A stretch of 64,000 bases of DNA from Bacteroidaceae bacterium (GTDB lineage Bacteria; Bacteroidota; Bacteroidia; Bacteroidales; Bacteroidaceae), in the NCBI GenBank assembly GCA_024401055.1, contig JAKSLT010000002.1, positions 1,885-65,884 of the forward strand. Reading direction: 5' to 3'. Below the pieces are notes generated by a model. That model was not told the origin of the DNA. It made no database searches and saw nothing but the letters and a program-made list of their open reading frames with translations. A program made the translations under genes and the position numbers. How positions within the stretch are numbered: position 1 is the stretch's first letter; each line of letters starts with the position of its first letter. Positions 37,648 to 47,464 of the stretch are shown piece by piece.

Positions 37648-40425
37648 TTAGGAAAGTTTATCCAAATACCTCGCCGTATATCCTTTCCCCTTCTTCACAA
37701 TTTCCTCCGGGGCACCGCAGACCACGATTTCCCCTCCCTCTTCGCCTCCTTCGGGGCCGAGGTCGATTATCCAGTCGGCCTGACGGATGACGTCGAGGTT
37801 GTGTTCGATGCACACCACGCTGTGTCCGCGTTCTATCAATCCGTTGAACGCATCCATCAATCGCTGTATATCCTTAAAGTGAAGACCCGTGGTAGGCTCG
37901 TCGAAGATAAACAGGGTCTTCGGTTTATTGTCGCTCGCGGCAGCGCTGCTCTCTGTCTTGTCCAAGCTCAGGAAATACGCCAACTTCACGCGCTGGCTCT
38001 CGCCGCCGCTAAGCGTACTGCTGCTCTGTCCCAGCTGGATATAGCCCAGACCCACCTGCTGCAACGGCAACAAACGCCTGACAATGCGCTTTTCGCCGTT
38101 TTCACCGAAGAAATCTATGGCTTCATCCACGGTCATCTGCAAAATATCGTTCACGTTCTTGCCCCGGTATCTCACTTCCAGCACGTCGTGCTTGAATCTC
38201 TGCCCGTGGCAGGCCTCACATTCCAGCACGAGGTCGGCCATAAACTGCATTTCCACCTTTACCGTGCCCTCGCCTTTGCACTCGGGGCAGCGCCCGCCCT
38301 CTGCATTGAAACTGAAATGGGCAGGCGTCAGATCCAGTTGCTCTGCCAGCGGCTGGTCTGCCAGCAGGCGGCGGATTTCATCCCATGCCTTGAGGTATGT
38401 CACGGGGTTGGAGCGCGACGAGCGCCCTATGGGATTCTGATCCACGAATTCTACGCTACCGAGGGCGTCAAGATCGCCCTCCAAGGCCAGAAATTCTCCC
38501 GGTCGTTCCGCAGGTTCGTCGAAATGGCGCTTCAGGGCGCGATACAGGATGTCACGCACCAGCGTGCTCTTGCCGCTGCCGCTCACGCCGGTCACACACG
38601 TCATCACGTTGAGCGGTATCTCCACGTCGATGCCCTTCAGGTTGTTGGCGCGCGCACCCTTCACGATGAGGCTGCGGTTCCACGGCCGCACGCTCTCTTT
38701 CAACGGCAGCATGGGTAACGGCTCGCGCCGCACGCCGGAGGAGACTATGCTTCCGCCGTTGCGGCCGGCACCGGGGCCTATCTCCACCACCCAGTCGGCC
38801 TGACCGATGATTTGGCTGTCATGCTCCACCACCACCACGGTGTTCCCCAGGTCGCGCAACTCCTTCAGCACGTCGATGAGCTGCTGCGTATCCCGGGGAT
38901 GCAGACCTATACTGGGTTCGTCGAGGATGTAGAGGCTGCCCACGAGTGAGGAACCCAGTGACGTAGCAAGGTTGATGCGCTGGCTCTCACCGCCGCTGAG
39001 GCTGTTGCTGAGGCGCGACAGGGTGAGATAGCCCAGCCCTACCTGGCACAGGAACCTCAGTCGTGTACGTATCTCCGTCAACAGGCGCGAGGCTATCTGT
39101 CTCTCGTTGTCGCTTATCTCCAGCGCGCTGAACCATGCGGCAAGGTCGGCCACGGACATATCGCAGAGTTCAGCGATGTTCCGTCCGCCCACTTTCACGC
39201 ACAGGGCTTCATGGCGCAGGCGCAGTCCCCGGCAGCACGGGCACTGGGTCTTGCCGCGATAGCGCGACAGCATCACGCGGTACTGTATCTTGTATTGGTG
39301 CGCCTGCACGTCCGCGAAGAAGGCATTGATACTCGGGCGCCAGCCTTCCTCGTCCTCCATGGCGATACTCGGTGTCTGACCGGGTTCCGTGCCTTCCCAC
39401 AACCACGTTTTCTCCTCCTGCGTCAGTTCAAAGTAGGGTTTGAAAATTGGGAATCCCTTGGGGCCGTTTCTTCTGATGAATTCGTCTTTCCACACGCCCA
39501 ACTTCTCACCACGCCAGCATTGCACGCAACCGTCCATCACCGACAGCGTGGAATTGGGTATTACCAGTGCCTCGTCAATGCCCATCACGCGGCCGAAGCC
39601 TTCGCATTCAGGACACGCCCCAACGGGCGAATTGAACGAGAAAAGTTGATCCGTAGGTTCCTGAAAAGTTATGCCGTCGGCCTCGAACCGCGTAGTGAAG
39701 CGTTCTTCCTCCTCGGTGGCCATGAAATGCAGAGCACACTCTCCCCTACCCTCAAAGAGCGCGGTATCTATGCTCTCGCTCAACATCTGTCGTCCCTCTT
39801 TCGAACCATCCACCACACAGCGGGCCACAAGAAGCCGTGTCTTTTTCCCGACGTCGGCATCCTCGATATTGACCATCCGACCCTCTTGGAACACACGGCT
39901 AAAACCCTGCTGCTGATACACTTTCAGTTGTTCCTCCATCGTTCTCCCTTCGGCCGGATGCAGTGGCGAGAGCACCAGGAAACGTTCCCCCGGCGTGTGG
40001 CGCAGGGCGGCGTCCACGATGTCGTCCACCGTGTAGCGCACCACCTCCTTGCCGCTCACGGGTGAGAAGGTGCGCCCGATGCGGGCGAAGAGCAGGCGCA
40101 GGTAATCGTAGATTTCCGTGCTCGTCCCCACTGTGGAACGCGGGTTGCGCGAACTTACCTTCTGCTCGATGGCGATGGCGGGCGGCAAGCCCTTGATATA
40201 GTCGCACTCAGGCTTATGCATACGCCCCAGAAACTGGCGCGCATACGCCGAAAGGCTCTCCACGTAGCGGCGCTGCCCTTCCGCATAGAGCGTGTCGAAG
40301 GCCAGCGATGACTTACCGCTGCCACTCACACCCGTGAACACCACGAACTTGTCGCGGGGCACGTCCAGGTTCACATCTTTAAGATTATTTACGCGCGCAC
40401 GCCTGATACTGATGCAGTCTTCCAT
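37648..40425 (-). CDS. uvrA: Excinuclease ABC subunit A
   Basis: Two GVSGSGKS Walker A motifs, two LSGGESQR signatures and Zn-finger CxxC pairs. Promoter TAACTTTG at 40449-40456. Confidence 0.97.
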   Translation of the reverse strand: MEDCISIRRARVNNLKDVNLDVPRDKFVVFTGVSGSGKSSLAFDTLYAEGQRRYVESLSAYARQFLGRMHKPECDYIKGLPPAIAIEQKVSSRNPRSTVGTSTEIYDYLRLLFARIGRTFSPVSGKEVVRYTVDDIVDAALRHTPGERFLVLSPLHPAEGRTMEEQLKVYQQQGFSRVFQEGRMVNIEDADVGKKTRLLVARCVVDGSKEGRQMLSESIDTALFEGRGECALHFMATEEEERFTTRFEADGITFQEPTDQLFSFNSPVGACPECEGFGRVMGIDEALVIPNSTLSVMDGCVQCWRGEKLGVWKDEFIRRNGPKGFPIFKPYFELTQEEKTWLWEGTEPGQTPSIAMEDEEGWRPSINAFFADVQAHQYKIQYRVMLSRYRGKTQCPCCRGLRLRHEALCVKVGGRNIAELCDMSVADLAAWFSALEISDNERQIASRLLTEIRTRLRFLCQVGLGYLTLSRLSNSLSGGESQRINLATSLGSSLVGSLYILDEPSIGLHPRDTQQLIDVLKELRDLGNTVVVVEHDSQIIGQADWVVEIGPGAGRNGGSIVSSGVRREPLPMLPLKESVRPWNRSLIVKGARANNLKGIDVEIPLNVMTCVTGVSGSGKSTLVRDILYRALKRHFDEPAERPGEFLALEGDLDALGSVEFVDQNPIGRSSRSNPVTYLKAWDEIRRLLADQPLAEQLDLTPAHFSFNAEGGRCPECKGEGTVKVEMQFMADLVLECEACHGQRFKHDVLEVRYRGKNVNDILQMTVDEAIDFFGENGEKRIVRRLLPLQQVGLGYIQLGQSSSTLSGGESQRVKLAYFLSLDKTESSAAASDNKPKTLFIFDEPTTGLHFKDIQRLMDAFNGLIERGHSVVCIEHNLDVIRQADWIIDLGPEGGEEGGEIVVCGAPEEIVKKGKGYTARYLDKLS

Positions 40426-40456
40426 CTTTCACTTTGATTTTGGGCGTACAAAGTTA

Positions 40457-41203
40457 CGACTTTTTTTCCTTTCAGCCACATTTCGGTATGTAAAATTACG
40501 CTTTTCCGCGCTCCACGACGCTTCTTCATCCCTTTTCTCCCCTCCTATCCCCCGATTTTGTTATCCCATAAAGCCCAATACTGCATACCCAGCCCCACAC
40601 CCCTAAAAAATTTATTCCTAATTTATTCCCAATTCATGCAGCGCCGCAGGCCTTAATTTCTTCCCAATTTTGTCAAAATATTTTACAGTTTCGACCCTCT
40701 AAACTGCCATTTCCTGACGATATTCTGCGCCAAAAAAATTCCAGACGCGAATATCGCAGCCATTCGAGAGTTGCGCAAATCGCAGATTTTCTTACTGTTA
40801 CAACGCGCAAAAATCTACATTCCTCCAAAATCCGCAATTTCTTCCCATTTAGCACGCAAAACTACCCACGGACCGCTCAAAACTAATCCAGACTTAATTG
40901 AAACTACTTCCCATTTAATTTGAACTAATGCCGACTTAATTCGAACTACTTCCCATTTAATTTCTACAGGAAGAGAACTAGGACAAATTAAATGGGAAGA
41001 AGTGACGAATGAATCGGGAGGCGGTTTTAGCAAGGCTTCGTTTGCTCACTTTTTTCCTTTTGTCAAAATTTTTTACAGTTTCGCAATTATAAAAATGTGC
41101 CCACAAACTCAACTATAAGCCCTTTTTGTGTGATTTTTTGCAACAAAAGCATATTGCCAATCACTTTTTCGGCCTTCTGAGGTATAAAGTCATCCTTTTT
41201 TGT
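40457..41203. other. Candidate replication origin region (AT-rich divergent uvrA|mnmG gap)
   Basis: Gene orientation switches from mainly minus (4.4-40.4 kb) to all plus (41.2-64 kb). The gap is adjacent to mnmG(gidA) and parS lies 2.2 kb away. No perfect TTATCCACA box was seen. Confidence 0.5.
40839..41003. repeat. 21-bp x4 array with an inverted terminal unit, copy 1
   Basis: AACTA starts at 40881, 40902, 40923 and 40944, alternating ...gacttaatt / ...cccatttaatt. Inverted unit aaattaaatgggaagaag at 40985. Confidence 0.85.
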
Positions 41204-41229
41204 TAACTTTGTCGCCTCATTCAAAGAAA

Positions 41230-43443
41230 ATGTTATCCAAAAAAGAAAACCCCCGTTACGGCGTAATCGTGATTGGCGCAGGGCATGCCGGCTGCGAGGC
41301 GGCCCATGCCAGTGCCAAGATGGGCGTAAGTACGCTCCTCATCACGATGGACATGAACAAAATCGCGCAGATGAGTTGCAACCCCGCCATTGGCGGTATT
41401 GCGAAAGGACAAATCGTGTGCGAAATCGACGCTTTGGGCGGAGTAATGGCACAGGTTACCGACGAAACCACCGTACAATTCCGCATGCTCAACCGCTCTA
41501 AGGGGCCAGCCATGTGGAGTCCGCGCGCCCAGTGTGACAACCGCCTCTACTCCCGCACTATGCGCCGTTTGCTCGAAAATACCGAGAATCTGCATATTTG
41601 GCAAGACGAAGTAATTGACATATTGCCTCTTACTCCGCCGGCTGAATCCACCGAAGAAAACGCGCCTTCCCCTTACGCTACACCAGAAGGCGGCGAACCT
41701 GACATTGCTCCCTCATCTACTTCCCCTTCAGAGCCGGCTCATCTTCAAGAAGGCGCGCACCAGTTATCGGACGAGCCGATGCCTCCCCGCTATGCCGTCA
41801 CAACGCTATGGGGCGCCATGTTCCTGGCCGACGCTGTCATCGTTACGGCAGGCACCTTCCTCAACGGTCTGATGCACGTGGGCCGCACCATGGTGCCCGG
41901 CGGACGTTGTGCAGAGCCGGCTGCCACAAGACTTACCGATTCTATCGCGAAATTCGGCATAACCTACGACCGAATGAAGACAGGCACTCCTGTACGCATC
42001 GATGCGAGGAGTGTGCACTTTGAGGACATGGAAGAACAGCACGGCGAGAGCGGTCGGTTCTCCACTCTCCCCCACCCTTCTCTCTCAGTAACCACCGCTA
42101 AATCCGCAACGCCAGATTCATCGCAAAGCATACCCTCTTCCCCATCCTCCGCCTCTTCTCTGGAATCACCCTCCAATGATTCGCAGCGATCTTTCGCCAA
42201 CAAAAACGCAGAAAGTTGCGCTTCCACCGAAAATAATCGCTTAGTATGCTGGCTTACATCTACCAACGCAGAAACCCACCGCGTGCTGCGCGAAGGTCTC
42301 CCCGACAGTCCGCTCTATAATGGCCAGATTCATTCGATAGGTCCGCGATATTGTCCAAGCATAGAGACAAAGCTCCACACCTTCCCCGACCGCGACTCTC
42401 ATCCTCTCTTCCTTGAGCCCGAGGGACGCGACACTAATGAACTTTACCTCAACGGCTTTTCCAGTTCGTTACCACTCGATATTCAGCTAAGAGCACTCAA
42501 AACTATCCGATGTTTCCGCGATGTTGTGGCTTTTCGCCCCGGCTACGCTATAGAGTACGATTTCTTTCCTCCCACGCAGCTCCGCCACACCCTGGAGTCG
42601 AAAAAAGCGCCAGGCCTCTTCTTCGCCGGACAGGTGAACGGCACCACGGGCTATGAGGAAGCCGCAGGGCAGGGACTCATCGCAGGAATCAACGCTGCGC
42701 GCCTCATAAAAGGCGAAGAACTCCTCGTGTTGCGACGCGACCAAGCCTACATCGGCGTGCTCATCGACGATTTGGTCACAAAGGGCGTCGATGAACCCTA
42801 TCGCATGTTCACTTCGCGCGCCGAATTCCGCATTCTCCTACGGCAGGACAACGCCGACGCGCGTCTCACGCCGATAGGCGAATCCATCGGACTAATCTCC
42901 GACGAACAATCACGGACTTTCCGCAAACGCCAAGAACAGATCTCCGCCCTCGTAGAACTCTGCCGCACCACCACCCTGCGTCCCGCCGAGGCAAATGACT
43001 TCTTACAATCCATAGGCAGCAAGTTGCTGGAGCGCGGAGAAAAAGTCTTTACTCTCATTGCCCGCCCCGAACTACACCTTATTGACCTCATTCCCTCACT
43101 CCTTAAAAAAACGGACTTGCCCGAAGAAAAGCGAGCCCTCATCGCCGAAACAAGCGCTTTCACCGAGATAATCGAGCGCGCAGAAATCCTCATAAAATAC
43201 GACGGCTACATAGAGCGCGAACGCGCCCTGGCCGAAAAAATGCACAAGTTGGAGACTATCAAAATACGCGGAAAGTTCGACTACACCACCCTGAACGCCC
43301 TTTCCACAGAAGGCCGCCAAAAACTCCAAAACATCGACCCCGAAACCCTCGGACAAGCTTCCCGCATACCCGGAGTGAGCCAAAGCGACATAGCTGCACT
43401 CATGATACTCGCAAGTGTTCCACGTGAAACATCTAAAGATTAA
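41230..43443 (+). CDS. mnmG: tRNA uridine-5-carboxymethylaminomethyl modification enzyme MnmG (GidA), with two low-complexity insertions
   Basis: VIGAGHAGCEAA, MSCNPAIGG, GPRYCPSIE, GQVNGTTGYEEAAGQG and EPYRMFTSRAE. Start at ATG 41230, after TAACTTTG at 41204-41211. Confidence 0.97.
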   Translation: MLSKKENPRYGVIVIGAGHAGCEAAHASAKMGVSTLLITMDMNKIAQMSCNPAIGGIAKGQIVCEIDALGGVMAQVTDETTVQFRMLNRSKGPAMWSPRAQCDNRLYSRTMRRLLENTENLHIWQDEVIDILPLTPPAESTEENAPSPYATPEGGEPDIAPSSTSPSEPAHLQEGAHQLSDEPMPPRYAVTTLWGAMFLADAVIVTAGTFLNGLMHVGRTMVPGGRCAEPAATRLTDSIAKFGITYDRMKTGTPVRIDARSVHFEDMEEQHGESGRFSTLPHPSLSVTTAKSATPDSSQSIPSSPSSASSLESPSNDSQRSFANKNAESCASTENNRLVCWLTSTNAETHRVLREGLPDSPLYNGQIHSIGPRYCPSIETKLHTFPDRDSHPLFLEPEGRDTNELYLNGFSSSLPLDIQLRALKTIRCFRDVVAFRPGYAIEYDFFPPTQLRHTLESKKAPGLFFAGQVNGTTGYEEAAGQGLIAGINAARLIKGEELLVLRRDQAYIGVLIDDLVTKGVDEPYRMFTSRAEFRILLRQDNADARLTPIGESIGLISDEQSRTFRKRQEQISALVELCRTTTLRPAEANDFLQSIGSKLLERGEKVFTLIARPELHLIDLIPSLLKKTDLPEEKRALIAETSAFTEIIERAEILIKYDGYIERERALAEKMHKLETIKIRGKFDYTTLNALSTEGRQKLQNIDPETLGQASRIPGVSQSDIAALMILASVPRETSKD
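43416..43431. promoter_or_regulatory. parS centromere-like site
   Basis: TGTTCCACGTGAAACA matches the canonical TGTTNCACGTGAAACA consensus; it encodes VPRET at the mnmG C-terminus. Confidence 0.88.
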
Positions 43444-43540
43444 GTGGTGTGTTTTGGGCAACTTTTACTTCGTGAATTTTAAGAAGTTGTCCTAAAAGTA
43501 AAACGGCTTTATTTTTGAAGTTTCCCAAAACTGTTTCCCT

Positions 43541-45352
43541 ATGCTCCTCAATGAAAAACTAAAAGGTATCGTCCGCAACTTGCCTGAGAGTCCCGGATGT
43601 TATCAGTACCTTGACGACAAAGGTACCGTTATCTATGTGGGAAAAGCCAAGAACCTGAAGCGAAGGGTGAACAGTTATTTCCGTCCCGACCAAACGAGCG
43701 CGAAGACGAGAATACTCGTGAGCAAGATAAGGGACATTAAATATATAGTGGTGAACAGCGAAACGGACGCTCTATTGCTGGAAAATAACCTTATCAAGCG
43801 CTATAAGCCGCGGTACAACGTCCTTCTGAAGGACGATAAGACCTACCCTTCCATCGCTCTCACACATGAATGGCTGCCCCGTATATTTTCGACGCGCAAC
43901 AGGAATGCCCGTGGGGCTACATACTATGGGCCGTACAGCCACATCCCTACTATGCGGGCCTTACTGGACCTCTGCAAGCGCCTCTACCAGCCCCGACCCT
44001 GCCGAACGCCGATGACACAGGAGGGCGTGAAGGACGGACGCTACAAGATATGCCTCAACTACCACATGCACCTCTGTAAAGCCCCCTGCGTGGGTAAACA
44101 GACACGCGAAGACTATCTCCGGCAAATAGAACACTGCAAGGACATACTGCGCGGCAACACGGCGGAAGTGGAAAGGAAACTGAAGGCGGAAATGAAGCAA
44201 TTGGCGGCGGAATTACGCTTCGAAGAGGCACAGGAATGCAAGCAAAAACTAGAATTTCTGAAGGGCTTCCAGGCCAAAAGTGAGGTGGTGAGCGGCGTCC
44301 TTTACAACGCGGACGTATTTAATATCGTCAGCGAGGACAAAACGGCTTACATCAATTATATGCACCTCGTAAACGGATGCGTAAATCAGGCCTTTACCTT
44401 CTCCTATCAGCGCCGTCTGGACGAGAGCGACGAAGAGCTGCTGGCCCTGGGTATCGTGGAGATGCGGGAGCGGTGGCAGAGTACGAATAAAGAGATTGTG
44501 GTGCCTTTTCCCGTGGATCTTCCAGAGGGCTATGCCGTACAGACGATACCGGAACGTGGCGACAAGAAAAAACTGCTGGAACTGAGCCTGCAAAACGTCA
44601 AGCAATACCGTCTCGACCGCTTGAAACAGGCCGATAAACTCAACCCAGAACAGAAACAGGTGAGGCTGATGAAAGAGATACAGAATCACCTTGCCCTACC
44701 CCACCTTCCACTGCGCATCGAACTCTTTGATAACTCCAACATATCGGGCGACGACGCCGTGGCCGCCTGCGTGGTGTTTGAACGTCTGAAACCCGCAAAA
44801 AAACTGTACCGCACGTTCAACATAAAGACCGTGACGGGGCCAGATGATTACGCCAGCATGCACGAGGTGGTGCTGCGCCGCTACTCACGCCTGAAAGAAG
44901 AGGGAGAATCCCTGCCCGACCTTATCATAGCCGACGGCGGCGTGGGCCAAATGGAGGTCATTCGCCGCGCCGTAGAAGATGACCTCGGCCTGAGCATACC
45001 TATCGCCGGCCTTGCAAAAGACGGACGCCACCGCACTCACGAGCTTCTCTATGGTTTTCCTCCACAAAAGGTAGGTCTTCCTCCTGAAAGCCAGCTTTTT
45101 AAGTTGCTCACGCAGATGCAAGATGAAGTGCACCGCTTTGCCATTCAGTTCCACAGGCAGAAGAGGTCACGGCGTCAGGTGACTTCGGCACTGGACGGCA
45201 TTGCAGGCGTAGGGCCTAAGACTAAAAACCTACTAATCAAGCATTTTGGCAGTGTGAAGCGCACAAAAGAGGCAAGCCTCGAAGAATTGCAGATACTTCT
45301 TGGACCACAAAAGGGTCAGAAATTGTACCTTTCGTTACACGAAACCAAATAA
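43541..45352 (+). CDS. uvrC: Excinuclease ABC subunit C
   Basis: GIY-YIG (PGCYQY...IYVGKAKNL), FDNSNISG, DDYASM, ADGG, QDEVHRFAI and HhH GVGPK. Confidence 0.97.
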   Translation: MLLNEKLKGIVRNLPESPGCYQYLDDKGTVIYVGKAKNLKRRVNSYFRPDQTSAKTRILVSKIRDIKYIVVNSETDALLLENNLIKRYKPRYNVLLKDDKTYPSIALTHEWLPRIFSTRNRNARGATYYGPYSHIPTMRALLDLCKRLYQPRPCRTPMTQEGVKDGRYKICLNYHMHLCKAPCVGKQTREDYLRQIEHCKDILRGNTAEVERKLKAEMKQLAAELRFEEAQECKQKLEFLKGFQAKSEVVSGVLYNADVFNIVSEDKTAYINYMHLVNGCVNQAFTFSYQRRLDESDEELLALGIVEMRERWQSTNKEIVVPFPVDLPEGYAVQTIPERGDKKKLLELSLQNVKQYRLDRLKQADKLNPEQKQVRLMKEIQNHLALPHLPLRIELFDNSNISGDDAVAACVVFERLKPAKKLYRTFNIKTVTGPDDYASMHEVVLRRYSRLKEEGESLPDLIIADGGVGQMEVIRRAVEDDLGLSIPIAGLAKDGRHRTHELLYGFPPQKVGLPPESQLFKLLTQMQDEVHRFAIQFHRQKRSRRQVTSALDGIAGVGPKTKNLLIKHFGSVKRTKEASLEELQILLGPQKGQKLYLSLHETK

Positions 45353-45420
45353 CAAGTTGTGACTTTGGGCCGTATCCCTGGTTACTTTTGCTAATAAAAC
45401 AAAGAAAAGTATTACTTTGC

Positions 45421-45451
45421 TTTGTAATTCGCCCGCTTATTTGTAACTTTG
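45421..45451 (+). promoter_or_regulatory. Bacteroidetes -33/-7 promoter of deoC-ispB-polA
   Basis: TTTG (45421-45424), then N19, then TAACTTTG (45444-45451). Confidence 0.78.
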
Positions 45452-45593
45452 CACCGCCTGTAGTGTGAACTGTCCCGAAAGGGCCACTACCCTACCCTTG
45501 ATTTTGATATAAGGAACGGCCCTCAGCACCCCTATACAACAGTGGGGGACTACGTGGTATCGACAACAGACAAAACATTATATATTACGCTAT

Positions 45594-46460
45594 ATGACAA
45601 ACAAATACGAACAAGCTTTTGCCAAGTATGAGACCGCGCTCAACGACGAGCAAGTACACAAATCCGTAGTGGCCCTTATCAATGAGAACCGTGCCAAGTA
45701 CGACAATGCCGACACACTGAAGTATCTGCTTACTACAGTAGAACTCACTACTCTCACCTGCACCGACAACGACGCTTTTGTAATGCGCATGACAGAAGGC
45801 GTGAATGACTTCTTTGATGAGCATCCGGAACTCAAGCCTATTGCCACCATCTGCGTATATCCCCGCTTTGCCGCCGCCGTAAAGGCTACCCTGCAGACGG
45901 AGGGCGTGAAAGTGGCCTGCGTGAGCGGCGGTTTCCCTGCCAGTCAGACGTTCCTCGAAGTGAAGACGATAGAGACGGCCCTCGCCCTGAAAGACGGTGC
46001 CGACGAGATTGACATGGTACTGAGCGTAGGCGCCTTCCAGGACGGCGACTATGAGACCTGCGCCGACGAAATCAGCGAGATTAAAGACGTGTGCGGCGAT
46101 GCCCCGCTGAAAGTCATTCTTGAGACCGGCGAACTGAAGACCGCCGAAGCTATCATGAAGGCCTCAATCCTCGCTATGTATAGCGGTGCCGACTTCATCA
46201 AGACCAGCACCGGCAAGGTAGCCGTAGCAGCCACTCCCGAAGCGGCCTATGTGATGTGTAAAGCCATCAAGGCCTATCACGCAGAGACCGGAAAATGGGT
46301 AGGTTTCAAGGCTGCCGGCGGCATCAAGACGCCCGCAGAAGCCGTGGACTTCTACACCATCGTTCGTGAGACTCTGGGTCAGGAATTTATCGATCTGGGC
46401 CTCTTCCGTATAGGTACCTCCTCACTTTATAAGAAACTGGTGGACGCCATCCTCGCATGA
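45594..46460 (+). CDS. deoC: Deoxyribose-phosphate aldolase
   Basis: GADEIDMV, LKVILETGEL, GADFIKTSTGK, FKAAGGIK and RIGTSS. Confidence 0.97.
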   Translation: MTNKYEQAFAKYETALNDEQVHKSVVALINENRAKYDNADTLKYLLTTVELTTLTCTDNDAFVMRMTEGVNDFFDEHPELKPIATICVYPRFAAAVKATLQTEGVKVACVSGGFPASQTFLEVKTIETALALKDGADEIDMVLSVGAFQDGDYETCADEISEIKDVCGDAPLKVILETGELKTAEAIMKASILAMYSGADFIKTSTGKVAVAATPEAAYVMCKAIKAYHAETGKWVGFKAAGGIKTPAEAVDFYTIVRETLGQEFIDLGLFRIGTSSLYKKLVDAILA

Positions 46461-47464
46461 GCATATTAGAAGACATCAGACAACCCATTGAAAAGGAGCT
46501 TGCAGCCTACCAAAAGCTCTTTGACACAGCACTGAGCCACCCCGACCCTTTCCTCAATCAGGCTCTGGCCTACATACGCGGGAGAAAGGGAAAGATGATG
46601 CGCCCCATCCTCGTACTCCTCACTGCCAAGGAACGCGGAGAGGTGGGCGAGAGCGCACTGATGAGCGCCGTGACACTGGAACTGCTCCACACGGCTTCAC
46701 TCGTACACGACGACGTGGTGGACGAGAGCAGCGAGCGACGCGGACAAAAGAGTGTCAACAACGTGTATGACAACAAGATGGCCGTATTGCTGGGCGACTT
46801 TCTCCTGGCCAGTTCCCTGCACGCCGCAGGCGAGACCGGCAAGCTGAAAATCGTGCAAATCATATCCGCCCTCGGTGGCAATCTGGCAGAAGGCGAGATT
46901 TTCCAACTCAGCAATACCCAGCGCGAGGACATCTCCGAGGAGAATTACTATCGCATCATCAAATACAAGACGGCAGCCCTGTTCCGGGCCTGCTCACAGC
47001 TGGGCTACCTGGCCAGTGTACCTGCTGAGAAGGGATTAGAATCCGCTGAAAGCCACGCCAATGAGGTGTGGGAACGCTTCACGCGCCTAGGGGAAATCAT
47101 CGGCCTTATTTTCCAGATAAGGGATGATATCTTCGACTATTTTGACGACCCTTCCATCGGAAAACCGCGCGGCAACGACATGGCAGAAGGCAAACTCACG
47201 CTCCCCGTCATCCATGCCCTTCTGTCTTCCTCCGATGAAGATATGCGTGAGTTAGCGCTCCGTGTGCGCCAGCACAAAGCTACTCCCGATGAAATATGCC
47301 ATCTCATAGCCTTCGCCAAGGCCCACGGTGGCATAGAATACGCTGAAAACGAAATGCAGCGGCTCAAGCAGGAGGCCCTGCAGCTTCTCAGCACATTCCA
47401 CAATGCCGAAGTGAAAGCTTCACTGGAAAAATACATCAATTTCGTCATAGACCGCTCAATATGA
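46457..47464 (+). CDS. ispB: Polyprenyl (octaprenyl-like) diphosphate synthase
   Basis: GKMMRP, HDDVVDESSERRG, FQIRDDIFD and EGKLTLP. Confidence 0.9.
   Translation: MSILEDIRQPIEKELAAYQKLFDTALSHPDPFLNQALAYIRGRKGKMMRPILVLLTAKERGEVGESALMSAVTLELLHTASLVHDDVVDESSERRGQKSVNNVYDNKMAVLLGDFLLASSLHAAGETGKLKIVQIISALGGNLAEGEIFQLSNTQREDISEENYYRIIKYKTAALFRACSQLGYLASVPAEKGLESAESHANEVWERFTRLGEIIGLIFQIRDDIFDYFDDPSIGKPRGNDMAEGKLTLPVIHALLSSSDEDMRELALRVRQHKATPDEICHLIAFAKAHGGIEYAENEMQRLKQEALQLLSTFHNAEVKASLEKYINFVIDRSI

Noticed and set aside
41626-42240. MnmG insertions as inteins or introns
   Set aside because: Too short, low-complexity and lacking the Cys/Ser...His-Asn splicing motifs; the frame is uninterrupted.
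43452-43531. Imperfect inverted repeats between mnmG and uvrC as an SOS operator
   Set aside because: No matching motif was seen upstream of uvrA and the pairing is weak; it may be a decayed hairpin.
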